IMG/VR virus record: IMGVR_UViG_3300042453_003743 | Location: 1 to 64,000 of that record | Source: a virus | Length of the DNA stretch: 64,000 nt | Reading direction: 5' to 3' (one strand) | Shown: positions 31,509 through 39,855 of the stretch, piece after piece | Position numbering within the stretch: the first letter of the stretch is position 1 | Layout of the letters: every line of letters starts with the position of its first letter | Program-made: the position numbers and the translations under genes | Notes under the pieces: model-generated | What the model was told of the DNA's origin: nothing | The model's database searches: none | Seen by the model: the letters and a program-made list of their open reading frames with translations, nothing else

Positions 31509-32167
31509 GTAAACAATTCTTTCATGTGTCTTTCAAACACTTTTTTATCTACTTCATACATACCAGCATTTTCATTTCGTGCATGAAGTTCATCCCATGG
31601 TAAATGTGTCCATTCGTGGCGAATAATGCATTTATCACAGATAGCAAACTTATTCATTTTTTTAAATACGATTGTCTGCTCTGTATCGGAATACACGGAA
31701 GTATACTCTGGGTGATAAATGTACCCAAACTGTCTGTAAAGTGGTTCTCCCATTACACACAGTGTCATAAGTTCATCGTTTCTTAGACCATCGTTAAATT
31801 TTATTGCTCCATCGAAATTTGGAAAATGTTTTGCATATTCTTCAAAAATGATAGAATCGTAATTTTTAACTTGGGGGATCATGTCATCTGATGCCACCAA
31901 AAGAACATCAAATGTTTCATTTTCCATATCAGCATTTACTGCTTGAATTTTATTTTTTGAATAACCGTAATTATACTTTAATGGGACAGATAAAGAATTT
32001 AACCATGAACGAATATCTTCATTGTTCATGGTTAAGTCATCTTCATCCATAGTTATTACAAATTTTACATCATTAAGTCCCGAAAGATTATCAATGTAAA
32101 GTTGTAAAACTTTTTTAAATTTGTCTGGTCTGTTTCTTGTTGGAAATTTAATTAAAAGTTTTGGCAT
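31505..32167 (-). CDS. GT2-like glycosyltransferase
   Basis: 'LIKFPTRNRP', 'D.DD', 'K..A.N', 'ASDDM.P', 'Y.S...D.E', 'IRH'. Confidence 0.7.
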   Translation of the reverse strand: MPKLLIKFPTRNRPDKFKKVLQLYIDNLSGLNDVKFVITMDEDDLTMNNEDIRSWLNSLSVPLKYNYGYSKNKIQAVNADMENETFDVLLVASDDMIPQVKNYDSIIFEEYAKHFPNFDGAIKFNDGLRNDELMTLCVMGEPLYRQFGYIYHPEYTSVYSDTEQTIVFKKMNKFAICDKCIIRHEWTHLPWDELHARNENAGMYEVDKKVFERHMKELFT

Positions 32168-32184
32168 CTAAAATTCTCACAGTC

Positions 32185-32251
32185 AATATATATCTATTTT
32201 AAATAAATGTCAAATATATTTATTTGACTTTACTCTAGAGTACTTTAATAT
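32185..32251. promoter_or_regulatory. Divergent sigma70-like promoter pair (TTGACA-N17-TATATT on minus; TTGACT-N16-TAATAT on plus)
   Basis: Back-to-back -35 boxes form the inverted repeat GTCAAATA-tatt-TATTTGAC between the GT island and uvsY. Confidence 0.65.
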
Positions 32252-32263
32252 ACATCTTAAAAG

Positions 32264-32701
32264 ATGAATCTAGAGAACCTTAAAGAACTTATTATTAAAG
32301 ACTCTCAAATAGACTCTACAGAGTTAGGTATAGAGTCTCTTAAGATACCTCAAATACATTCTAAGTATCTTACAATTTTATCAGATGTCAAATTACTTTT
32401 GACAAAGCAACAAAGCGATCTTGCCATATTAAAACTTCGCAAATGGAAAATTTATACAGGAAAAGCCTCACAGGAGGAGCTTGAATCTTGGGGCGAAGAG
32501 GCTTGTGACTTTACATTGTTAAAAAGTGATGTTGAACAGTTTGTAGAAGCTGATCCGAAAGTAATAGAACTAAAATCAAAAATTGCTGTCAGCGAAGTTA
32601 AACTTCGTATGGTAGAAGAGTTTATAAAATCCGTAAATAACAGAAATTTTATGATAAAATCTGCTATTGAGTGGCAAAAAATGATGAACGGCATAGTATA
32701 A
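32264..32701 (+). CDS. uvsY: Recombination mediator UvsY
   Basis: 'DS.ID..EL..ESLKIP.IHSKY', 'YTGKA', 'LKSD', 'R.F.IK.AIEW'; precedes uvsW. Confidence 0.92.
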   Translation: MNLENLKELIIKDSQIDSTELGIESLKIPQIHSKYLTILSDVKLLLTKQQSDLAILKLRKWKIYTGKASQEELESWGEEACDFTLLKSDVEQFVEADPKVIELKSKIAVSEVKLRMVEEFIKSVNNRNFMIKSAIEWQKMMNGIV

Positions 32702-32704
32702 ATA
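32697..32704 (+). promoter_or_regulatory. T4 late promoter TATAAATA
   Basis: Exact consensus, 4 nt before the uvsW GTG. Confidence 0.7.
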
Positions 32705-32708
32705 TTGA

Positions 32709-34205
32709 GTGGATATAGATGTTGAATCTACAGATGAAGTTAGATATTATGTAAAAGCCGAAAAAGGACTAAAACAAGAACTGAGAGATTACTTCTCATT
32801 CATGGTCCCCGGAGCCCAATATATGCCTTTATATAAAAAAAGGATTTGGGATGGAAAAATTCGTCTTTATGATATTTTATCGTCTACATTGCCCAGAGGG
32901 CTAAAAACATATTTAAATAAATTTTGCCAAGAACGTGGATATAGCTTAAATATAAAGGAGAGCAAAAATCCTTTATGCGTAACAGAGGAGGAACTTCAGG
33001 CTTTCTACGAATCACTGAAAGTTTGCGTCCGCAAACAACCAGTAAAGATGCACACACATCAGGTGCAAGCTATTATGCATGGATTGAACAATCATCGTTC
33101 AGTTCTGATATCTCCGACTGGCTCTGGAAAAAGTCTTATTATATACGTATTGGTTCGATATCTACAAAAGGTATTAAATACCGACCGCAAAATATTGATT
33201 TTAGTTCCAACCGTTGGCCTCGTCAATCAGATGGAGGCCGATTTTTTTGATTACTCAAGTCAAGATAAATCCTGGTCCTGCAAAAAGTATATTCACAAGA
33301 TATCTGCTGGTGCAGACAAAGAAACAAAGAAACAGATAGTAGTCTCGACATGGCAATCAATCTACAAATTGCCTAGAGAATGGTTCGATCAGTTTGATGC
33401 CATATTCTTTGATGAGTGTCATCAAGCAAAAGCAGAATCAATCAATTTCATCGGACAGAAACTGACCAAGGCTTGGTTCCGTTGTGGTACAACAGGAACA
33501 CTACAACAAACACAGGCACACAGATTAAGCATCGAAGGAATTCTTGGTCCAGCTGTTCAGTTCATCCAAACAAAAAACTTAATGAACAAAGGGTTACTTG
33601 CAACACTCGGTATTGATTGTATTCTATTGAAATACACAGACGAAGAAAAACAGCTGTTAAAAAAACAAAAATATGCAGATGAGATAAAATGGATCATAAG
33701 TAATGATAAGAGAAATGAGTTCATCTGGCAACTGGTCTCCAGAACAAAGGGCAATGCGCTTGTACTCTTCAATTATGTTGAAGCGCAAGGCAAGCCTCTC
33801 TACGAACTTTTCAAAGAAAAAGCGGGAACACGCAAGGTCTATTTTATCTCAGGTAAAACAGAAGCAGAGGCGAGAGAGTACATTCGAAGAATTATTGACT
33901 CTGAAAAAGATGCCATTCTGGTGGCGAGTTACGGTACAACTAGTGCTGGCATTAATATCGTTAATCTTGATAATATTGTTTTCGCCTCTCCTACAAAATC
34001 CGTAATTCGTTTACTACAAAGCATTGGTCGTGGATTAAGAGTTTCAGAAAAGAAAAAAACATTGAAGGTGTTTGATATTGTTGATGATCTATCTTGGAAG
34101 TCACACAAGAATCATGTATACAGACACTTTGAAGAGCGTATAAAAATTTACAAAAAAGAAAAATTTGATTACAAAATATATTCGATGCCTTTTACAGAAA
34201 CTTAA
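32709..34205 (+). CDS. uvsW: SF2 DNA helicase UvsW
   Basis: 'WDGKIRL', 'SPTGSGKS', 'DECH', 'GTTGT', 'QSIGRGLR'. Confidence 0.96.
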   Translation: MDIDVESTDEVRYYVKAEKGLKQELRDYFSFMVPGAQYMPLYKKRIWDGKIRLYDILSSTLPRGLKTYLNKFCQERGYSLNIKESKNPLCVTEEELQAFYESLKVCVRKQPVKMHTHQVQAIMHGLNNHRSVLISPTGSGKSLIIYVLVRYLQKVLNTDRKILILVPTVGLVNQMEADFFDYSSQDKSWSCKKYIHKISAGADKETKKQIVVSTWQSIYKLPREWFDQFDAIFFDECHQAKAESINFIGQKLTKAWFRCGTTGTLQQTQAHRLSIEGILGPAVQFIQTKNLMNKGLLATLGIDCILLKYTDEEKQLLKKQKYADEIKWIISNDKRNEFIWQLVSRTKGNALVLFNYVEAQGKPLYELFKEKAGTRKVYFISGKTEAEAREYIRRIIDSEKDAILVASYGTTSAGINIVNLDNIVFASPTKSVIRLLQSIGRGLRVSEKKKTLKVFDIVDDLSWKSHKNHVYRHFEERIKIYKKEKFDYKIYSMPFTET

Positions 34206-34232
34206 GAAGATAAATATTATGGAAGGGAGGAC

Positions 34233-34889
34233 ATGCATATGTCCGAATCGCTTCCTGAGAATTCTTTCTCAGGCGTACTAAAAGTTGTTAAACTGCTCAC
34301 CGGAGAAGAAGTGGTTGGTTTGGTGAGTGAACCTACGCCAGATAAAATTTTAATAAAATTGCCAGCAAGGCTGGATAATTATTACACAAAAACTGAAAAA
34401 GAGGGCATTGTTGAATACGTTAAATTAACAAACTATTTTGTAAATTTAAACTCTCAAGAAGCATCTTTTTTCAAGACAGCGGTGGTCTATATCGGAGATC
34501 CATCTCTTGAACTTCAAAAAATGTATGAAGTATATTTTCTGGCAATGCAAACTGATCCAAAATCTTTATTAGAAAATATGCCTGCAAGCGAAAATAATAC
34601 AGACAACGGATTACAGCTTTTAAACGATTTGTTTAATAATGAAGATTTTGTAAATTTTGTAAATGATTTGATTGAAACTTATGAAGATTCAGAATTGTTT
34701 GAAGATGATGGAGAAGAGGAAGTCGTAGAACTGGATATGGAAGAGGCTGAACAAGAACAGCCCAAAGCCCAACCAAAGCCAAAGAAACGCACCAGAGTCA
34801 AACCAGAAACGAATAAGCTACCATACAATCCAGAGCAGCCACCAGAAAACCCCGAAAGCTGGTCAGATAATCCATCTGACTATATTTAA
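34233..34889 (+). CDS. Conserved hypothetical protein (Sm-like N-terminus, acidic tail)
   Basis: 'VVKLLTGEEVVG' pattern typical of the gene following uvsW in T4-like phages; GGAGG SD and GATAAATA at 34209-34216. Confidence 0.6.
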   Translation: MHMSESLPENSFSGVLKVVKLLTGEEVVGLVSEPTPDKILIKLPARLDNYYTKTEKEGIVEYVKLTNYFVNLNSQEASFFKTAVVYIGDPSLELQKMYEVYFLAMQTDPKSLLENMPASENNTDNGLQLLNDLFNNEDFVNFVNDLIETYEDSELFEDDGEEEVVELDMEEAEQEQPKAQPKPKKRTRVKPETNKLPYNPEQPPENPESWSDNPSDYI

Positions 34890-35413
34890 GCAGTATTTTT
34901 TAGATTTGAAGGTGCGTCTGGGGTAATAATATAATGTGAATATTTAAATCTACAAACGGCCTTTTGTATTATTACGTCTGAGCTATCAGACTGAAAAGAA
35001 AACCCCCCAAGTTCTACTGGAATTATATGATAAAATTTAAATGTTGTGGGTGTTGTTTCATTAAAACCATCATATATCAATAAATTTGCCTGATGATGCC
35101 AATCTTGATACTCAAGATTATGGTCTGTATCTGTATCGATGTTTGTTAAATTTCTTATCCAAGAATACAAATTTTTCCAATTTTGTAAATTTGAATCTAC
35201 AATAAATTCAACAGTCAGTGGAGCAAATTGTATTGCATGGGTTGGGATTGGAATAGTTGTTCCAAGTGTTGTGGGCTGCGGTTGTTCTCCAATTGATATT
35301 CCCGGAACATTTACTTTTTGGCAAAGCAATTCCATTTGTTTCAAACCTCTACCAAAAATTAATCTGAAATAACTGTTATATAATGGGTTTAAGTTTGGAG
35401 AACAAGTTGTCAT
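34886..35413 (-). CDS. gp3: Tail tube terminator/completion protein gp3
   Basis: 'CQ.VNVPGISIG', 'L.VEFIVD.NL.NW..LY.W', 'P..L.G..F'; follows gp23. Confidence 0.8.
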   Translation of the reverse strand: MTTCSPNLNPLYNSYFRLIFGRGLKQMELLCQKVNVPGISIGEQPQPTTLGTTIPIPTHAIQFAPLTVEFIVDSNLQNWKNLYSWIRNLTNIDTDTDHNLEYQDWHHQANLLIYDGFNETTPTTFKFYHIIPVELGGFSFQSDSSDVIIQKAVCRFKYSHYIITPDAPSNLKNTA

Positions 35414-35418
35414 AAAAA

Positions 35419-35426
35419 TATTTATG
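35419..35426 (-). promoter_or_regulatory. T4-type late promoter CATAAATA
   Basis: Immediately after the gp23 terminator, 5 nt before the gp3 ATG. Confidence 0.7.
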
Positions 35427-35428
35427 GT

Positions 35429-35462
35429 AAAACAAAAACCTCCCGATTACTCGGGAGGTTTT
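35429..35462 (-). terminator. Rho-independent terminator after gp23
   Basis: AAAACCTCCCGA-GTAA-TCGGGAGGTTTT followed by TGTTTT (GNRA loop). Confidence 0.9.
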
Positions 35463-35484
35463 CGAAAGAGTTAATTTATACTAT

Positions 35485-36888
35485 TCAGATTGTATTACCG
35501 TGGAGGTTTTGAACAGCAGTCAAACGGTAGTATTGGTTCAGTCCAGTGGTGAGGGTTTCACCGTCTGGAATACCCGAGCTATTGAGTACGTAGGGGTTGG
35601 CTACAACACCATAGCGGGTCTTGAATGCAATACGTGGTTGGAAAGTGTTAGGATCGACTGCACGTACCATTTGTAGCGGGACGTATGGGCAGTAGAACAA
35701 TCCAGCATCGTATGGTGATTCACCCTTATAGCCGACGCAGAAGAAGTTATATCCTGCTGGGCTATATGGATCAATGTACACACGAATCTTACCATTGATT
35801 ACACCAGCGAAGGTGCTTTGTGTATCATCAACGTTAAGTTGTGGTGCGATTGCTGGGCTGAGGCTCATGAAACCGGACATTGCAAGAGCAGCAGCAGTGT
35901 CGCTGTCGCAGATGATGAAGTTTCCACGGCCACGGCGTGTTTCCTTAGCAAGGTAGTTGCATTCACGTTCAATTTGGAAGCTGAGGCCACGGAAGCGTTC
36001 AGCAGACCAACGACCGTCCGAGTCAACATCAAGATCGTATGTACCGGGAGCTGTCAAATCTCCTTGTACAGAACCTTGACGAGCAACGTAATAAATGGTC
36101 TTGACGATTTCGCGGTTGATTTCGGCAAGAATTTCGGTGCTGAGAAGGTTAGCAAGTTCAGCTTCAGCGTCGAGACCGTGAACAGCCTTAAGGTCTTGTG
36201 CCAATTCAACTGTGTAGTTGCTGCTTAGAGCGCGAGTCTTGGCCACGACTGAAACGCGGTCGATTGAGAACGCCATTTGGTTCCAGTTGGCAAACGGTGA
36301 GCTCTTACCGATTGCTTCGCCTTGCGAGGTCAAAATACCTCTGAGCAAGTTTAGAGCAGCATCGTTTGCTGGTTTGACTGCAGTTCCGATAGAAGCAGAC
36401 AGACCTTTGGTAGATGCAAATGTTGATCCTAATGTCCAACCTGAACCACCGAATCCAGCTTGTGGTTCTTGGAACATAGCTTCAACATATCCAGCGTTTC
36501 CGTAGGATGAACCAACGGTTCCGCCGTAGGCATAGTTAGCGCGCATTGCAAAGATGAGGCCAGTTGGGGCAGTCATTGGTTGAACGCCGCAAATGTCATA
36601 AGCCATCAAATTTGGCATTGCACGGCGAACTAGGCTGATGAGCACTGGGTCATAACCAGAGACAGCAGCTGTGTTGTAGCCGGTTGAGGTTGCTGGACCA
36701 CCAAGGTTTCCAGAACCCATGTCTTCAACAAGGTGTTGTTGGCGAATGGATTGCTCTTGGTTTTCCAAAAGAACTGCGGTGACTTTCTTACGATAGTCAT
36801 CTTGAATTGAAGGGAGAGCTTCGTGACTGAGCACTGGATCCCACTTCTCTGTTAATACGTCATATGGTGTGTTTTCTGCGAATTGCAT
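35485..36888 (-). CDS. gp23: Major capsid protein gp23
   Basis: 'KW.PVL', 'LLENQE', 'DPVLISLVRRAMPNLMAYDICGVQPMTAPTGLIFAMR', 'ELAQDLKAVHGLDAEAEL', 'FYCPYVPL', 'FKTRYG'. Confidence 0.99.
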   Translation of the reverse strand: MQFAENTPYDVLTEKWDPVLSHEALPSIQDDYRKKVTAVLLENQEQSIRQQHLVEDMGSGNLGGPATSTGYNTAAVSGYDPVLISLVRRAMPNLMAYDICGVQPMTAPTGLIFAMRANYAYGGTVGSSYGNAGYVEAMFQEPQAGFGGSGWTLGSTFASTKGLSASIGTAVKPANDAALNLLRGILTSQGEAIGKSSPFANWNQMAFSIDRVSVVAKTRALSSNYTVELAQDLKAVHGLDAEAELANLLSTEILAEINREIVKTIYYVARQGSVQGDLTAPGTYDLDVDSDGRWSAERFRGLSFQIERECNYLAKETRRGRGNFIICDSDTAAALAMSGFMSLSPAIAPQLNVDDTQSTFAGVINGKIRVYIDPYSPAGYNFFCVGYKGESPYDAGLFYCPYVPLQMVRAVDPNTFQPRIAFKTRYGVVANPYVLNSSGIPDGETLTTGLNQYYRLTAVQNLHGNTI

Positions 36889-36915
36889 TTTTTAGTTATC
36901 TCCTGTGAGTAAAAT

Positions 36916-36923
36916 TATTTAGA
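36916..36923 (-). promoter_or_regulatory. Late promoter TCTAAATA with AGGAG SD downstream
   Basis: Upstream of gp23. Confidence 0.7.
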
Positions 36924-36934
36924 AAATTTGTTAT

Positions 36935-37933
36935 TTAGACCTTCTTGTTAAGTCTTCCAATCGCTCCAACATAATTTTCTACTAAAGTTGTTGGAGTTTG
37001 TTTTACGGTAGCAAATGTTTGTTCTGGTTGAACTGTTTTTGCTGGGTTTGATACTTTTCCTGAATTGATATAATTTTCACGAATTGCAACTAATTTTTCT
37101 TTGTATTCTTCTGGGGTTTCGAAAGAAACGCTTTCCATCAAAGATTGTAGTTTTGCAATTTGTGTGTCAGCAAGATCTCTTGTTTCTGCGACAAAAATCC
37201 CAGCACACTCAGTCAACGAAACTTCTTTTTTCAATTCAATGTTGGTATTGACAGCTTCATTCAACTTGTCTTGTAGTTCTCTATTTTGTCCGTAGAGTTC
37301 ATCAAGGACATTATATTTTTCTGCTGGTACATCAATGTAGTGATTTTCAAAAAGATTTTTTAGACCATTAATAAAGTTTTCTGCAATTTGTGTTTTAATG
37401 CCTTGTTCAACGGCAACAACATTGTCTTGCATCCATTCTTCTACAACGTAGTCTAGATAATCGTCAACCTTTTCAACCAAAGCTTCAGTTAGATTATCAA
37501 GATATTCTTTAACATTTTGATCAACGCCTTCAGCAATTACATTCATGTTCTTTTGAACACGATCTGAAACAGCGGCTTCAAAAATTCCTTCAAGCTTGAT
37601 GACAAGCTCTTCGCTTGCATTTTCTTCACCGAGAAGACCTACGAGAGCATCTCTAAATTCTGCGCGAGCTTGCTCTTGCATTTCTTCTTCCCCCTCCTCT
37701 GTTTCTTCTGTTTCTTCTGTTTCTTCTGAGTTTTGTGCAGTTTTTCCTGCAACAGAGTTTGGGACAACAGGTGCGGGGACTGGTGTTGTGGCTGGTGCTG
37801 CAGAAACAACTGGTGTTGCTGTCATAGAACCCTTGCCGGTTGCGTCGAAGTCTGGTTTTCCATCTGAAACAGCTCCCAAGCCCATGGCTTGTGCTACGGC
37901 TTCAGAAATTGTTTTTTTGTTTGTGTTTTTCAT
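36935..37933 (-). CDS. gp22: Prohead core scaffold gp22
   Basis: 'IFEAAV', 'VDDYLDYVVEEWM..N..AVE.GIK..IAE.FI.GLK.LF..HYIDVP.EK'. Confidence 0.95.
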   Translation of the reverse strand: MKNTNKKTISEAVAQAMGLGAVSDGKPDFDATGKGSMTATPVVSAAPATTPVPAPVVPNSVAGKTAQNSEETEETEETEEGEEEMQEQARAEFRDALVGLLGEENASEELVIKLEGIFEAAVSDRVQKNMNVIAEGVDQNVKEYLDNLTEALVEKVDDYLDYVVEEWMQDNVVAVEQGIKTQIAENFINGLKNLFENHYIDVPAEKYNVLDELYGQNRELQDKLNEAVNTNIELKKEVSLTECAGIFVAETRDLADTQIAKLQSLMESVSFETPEEYKEKLVAIRENYINSGKVSNPAKTVQPEQTFATVKQTPTTLVENYVGAIGRLNKKV

Positions 37934-37959
37934 AAAAAAAGAATCCTTTTAGTGTAAAA

Positions 37960-37967
37960 TATTTATA
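37960..37967 (-). promoter_or_regulatory. T4 late promoter TATAAATA
   Basis: Exact consensus upstream of gp22, with AAGGA SD. Confidence 0.72.
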
Positions 37968-37978
37968 ATAAATTAAAT

Positions 37979-38647
37979 TTATGGTGTTCTGCTTCTAGCC
38001 GACCCAGTTCCAGAAGATGTAGCATCTTCTGGATTCAGTGGCATAATTTTTGGTGATTTGGGAATGGAAAATGATTTTTTTCCTGAACCTTGCATTATAT
38101 CTGAAATATTTCTAGCACCAATTTGACTCAACTCTTGATTTACAAAATCATAACCAGAAATAGTTTTAAGCTGACCCATCAACGTACCCATGAATGCACC
38201 ACCTAAACTTTCACCAAATTTTCCAGCAAGATTTTTTCCAAACTGGCTAACAGCACCACCAAGACCAGGACCAAACATACTCAACAAACCACCTGCAGCA
38301 TACATGCCCAGAGCTTTCTTTAAATCGTCAGCTTCAGTAGCCCCAAACATTATACTTGAATCTTTTTTAGATTTTGAAGGCGCACCCATTCCACCACCAC
38401 CCTTCACACCACCAAAACCAGTTTTTGTCGATTTTGATGGATCTGCTGGTTTTGCCGAACCTGTTGAAGAGGGGGGGGCCGAAGCCGTGGCTCCCGGTGC
38501 AGTAGCTTCACCCAAATAATGATTTTCTGGAAAAAGAATACAATAACGACTCATATTGTTTCTGGGGCCATTATCTTTTTTAATTGCCTCGGAAAGAGTA
38601 TGTTGTAAATATTGTTTTTCTTCGTTTCCTAAAAAATTATTTTTCAT
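37979..38647 (-). CDS. Hypothetical Gly-rich protein between gp21 and gp22, 222 aa
   Basis: ATGA-coupled to gp21; no recognised family. Confidence 0.7.
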   Translation of the reverse strand: MKNNFLGNEEKQYLQHTLSEAIKKDNGPRNNMSRYCILFPENHYLGEATAPGATASAPPSSTGSAKPADPSKSTKTGFGGVKGGGGMGAPSKSKKDSSIMFGATEADDLKKALGMYAAGGLLSMFGPGLGGAVSQFGKNLAGKFGESLGGAFMGTLMGQLKTISGYDFVNQELSQIGARNISDIMQGSGKKSFSIPKSPKIMPLNPEDATSSGTGSARSRTP

Positions 38648-39288
38648 AGATTTTTAAAATAATTTTCAAATATTTTTGTAATATTTTTGTTTAAATTGCG
38701 AGAAGATGAATTTTTAATTAATTTTTTAGATTCTTCATGCATTCTTTCTGACCAAATTCCATTATTAAAAATCCACTCCCTGCCTTCCATGATTCCATTT
38801 ACAAATGCGTTTGGTGCAGAAGGATCAGCGACAATATCGATTGCTGCCAACATAAAATCTTCTTGTACTTCTTGATAGCCATTTTTTGATTTGAGAGAAC
38901 CCATACCCCGCGTAGAAACTCCAAGTTGAGCGCCCTCATCAATGAGATTTTTTACAATTTTTCCCATTGGTGTATCTAAAACTTTTGCTCTACCGATTAT
39001 GTTATTTCCGTCCTCATGTAATTCTTTTACAATGTGTGAAACTCTATCAAGATTAACTGTTGGACCAGATGGGTGGTTCAACTCTCCCAGTGCACGGCCT
39101 TTGTCTACATACTCCGAAATATATCTTTTACATTCTTTTATTAAAGTATTTTGCGGATAGATGCGACCGTTTCTATTTTTTACACCACTTTGCATAAAAA
39201 TACCGTCGATATAATAATTTTTATCGCCGTTTCCCACATTTTCTTTAATATATTTTACGTCTTCAGTTAGTTCTGTTATCAGTTTCAT
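38644..39288 (-). CDS. gp21: Prohead protease gp21
   Basis: 'MKLITE', 'NRNGRIYP', 'RALGELNHP..P.VNLDRVSH', 'GVSTRGMGSL', 'DIVADPSAP.AFV'. Confidence 0.98.
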   Translation of the reverse strand: MKLITELTEDVKYIKENVGNGDKNYYIDGIFMQSGVKNRNGRIYPQNTLIKECKRYISEYVDKGRALGELNHPSGPTVNLDRVSHIVKELHEDGNNIIGRAKVLDTPMGKIVKNLIDEGAQLGVSTRGMGSLKSKNGYQEVQEDFMLAAIDIVADPSAPNAFVNGIMEGREWIFNNGIWSERMHEESKKLIKNSSSRNLNKNITKIFENYFKNL

Positions 39289-39445
39289 TTGATTTGCTTT
39301 GGAAAATGGTTTTTGAAATTTCTTTATATTTTGTCTCTAACTTGTGACCAATTTTTTCATATAAAACTTTTGATGTTTTATCTTTGAATTCAATGGCATT
39401 TTCTTCGATTGCTGTTTTTAGCATGTTTCTAATTTCGTTTTTCAT
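39263..39445 (-). CDS. Small prohead core-like protein (gp67/68 position), 60 aa
   Basis: Position between portal and protease; helical charged sequence. Confidence 0.55.
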   Translation of the reverse strand: MKNEIRNMLKTAIEENAIEFKDKTSKVLYEKIGHKLETKYKEISKTIFQSKSNETDNRTN

Positions 39446-39855
39446 ATAATTCCTTTTGCTTGTTCAGAAAATTTTAAATGCTCTTTAAAAATTTCTGGAG
39501 TATCAAATATTTTTTCTGCCATTTTTTTTCTGTTTTCTGGATTCAAAGATTCAAACAAGTTAATTAAATTTTTGATATCTTTGTTGCTAATATTTATATT
39601 CATTCCATTTTTAAACGTATATTTTCCATTTTCAAAATTTTTAACAAAATTTACAAACTCTTGAATGTTTGAATTTGTTTCTGTAACTGATTTGGATAGC
39701 AACAATTTTTGTTGAACTTCTTGTTTTGCTTCCTTTAATGATTCATTCAATTTGAATGTGATTGTATCAATCACATTGTGTTTAAAGTATTCTTCATCTT
39801 CATGCAGAAGGCCATTTATGCCTCGCTTTAACAGAACTTGACTTATTTCTTTCAT
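39442..39855 (-). CDS. Prohead core-like hypothetical protein, 137 aa
   Basis: Coupled to portal; 'F.NG......I..L...LN.ENRKKM' pattern. Confidence 0.6.
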   Translation of the reverse strand: MKEISQVLLKRGINGLLHEDEEYFKHNVIDTITFKLNESLKEAKQEVQQKLLLSKSVTETNSNIQEFVNFVKNFENGKYTFKNGMNINISNKDIKNLINLFESLNPENRKKMAEKIFDTPEIFKEHLKFSEQAKGII

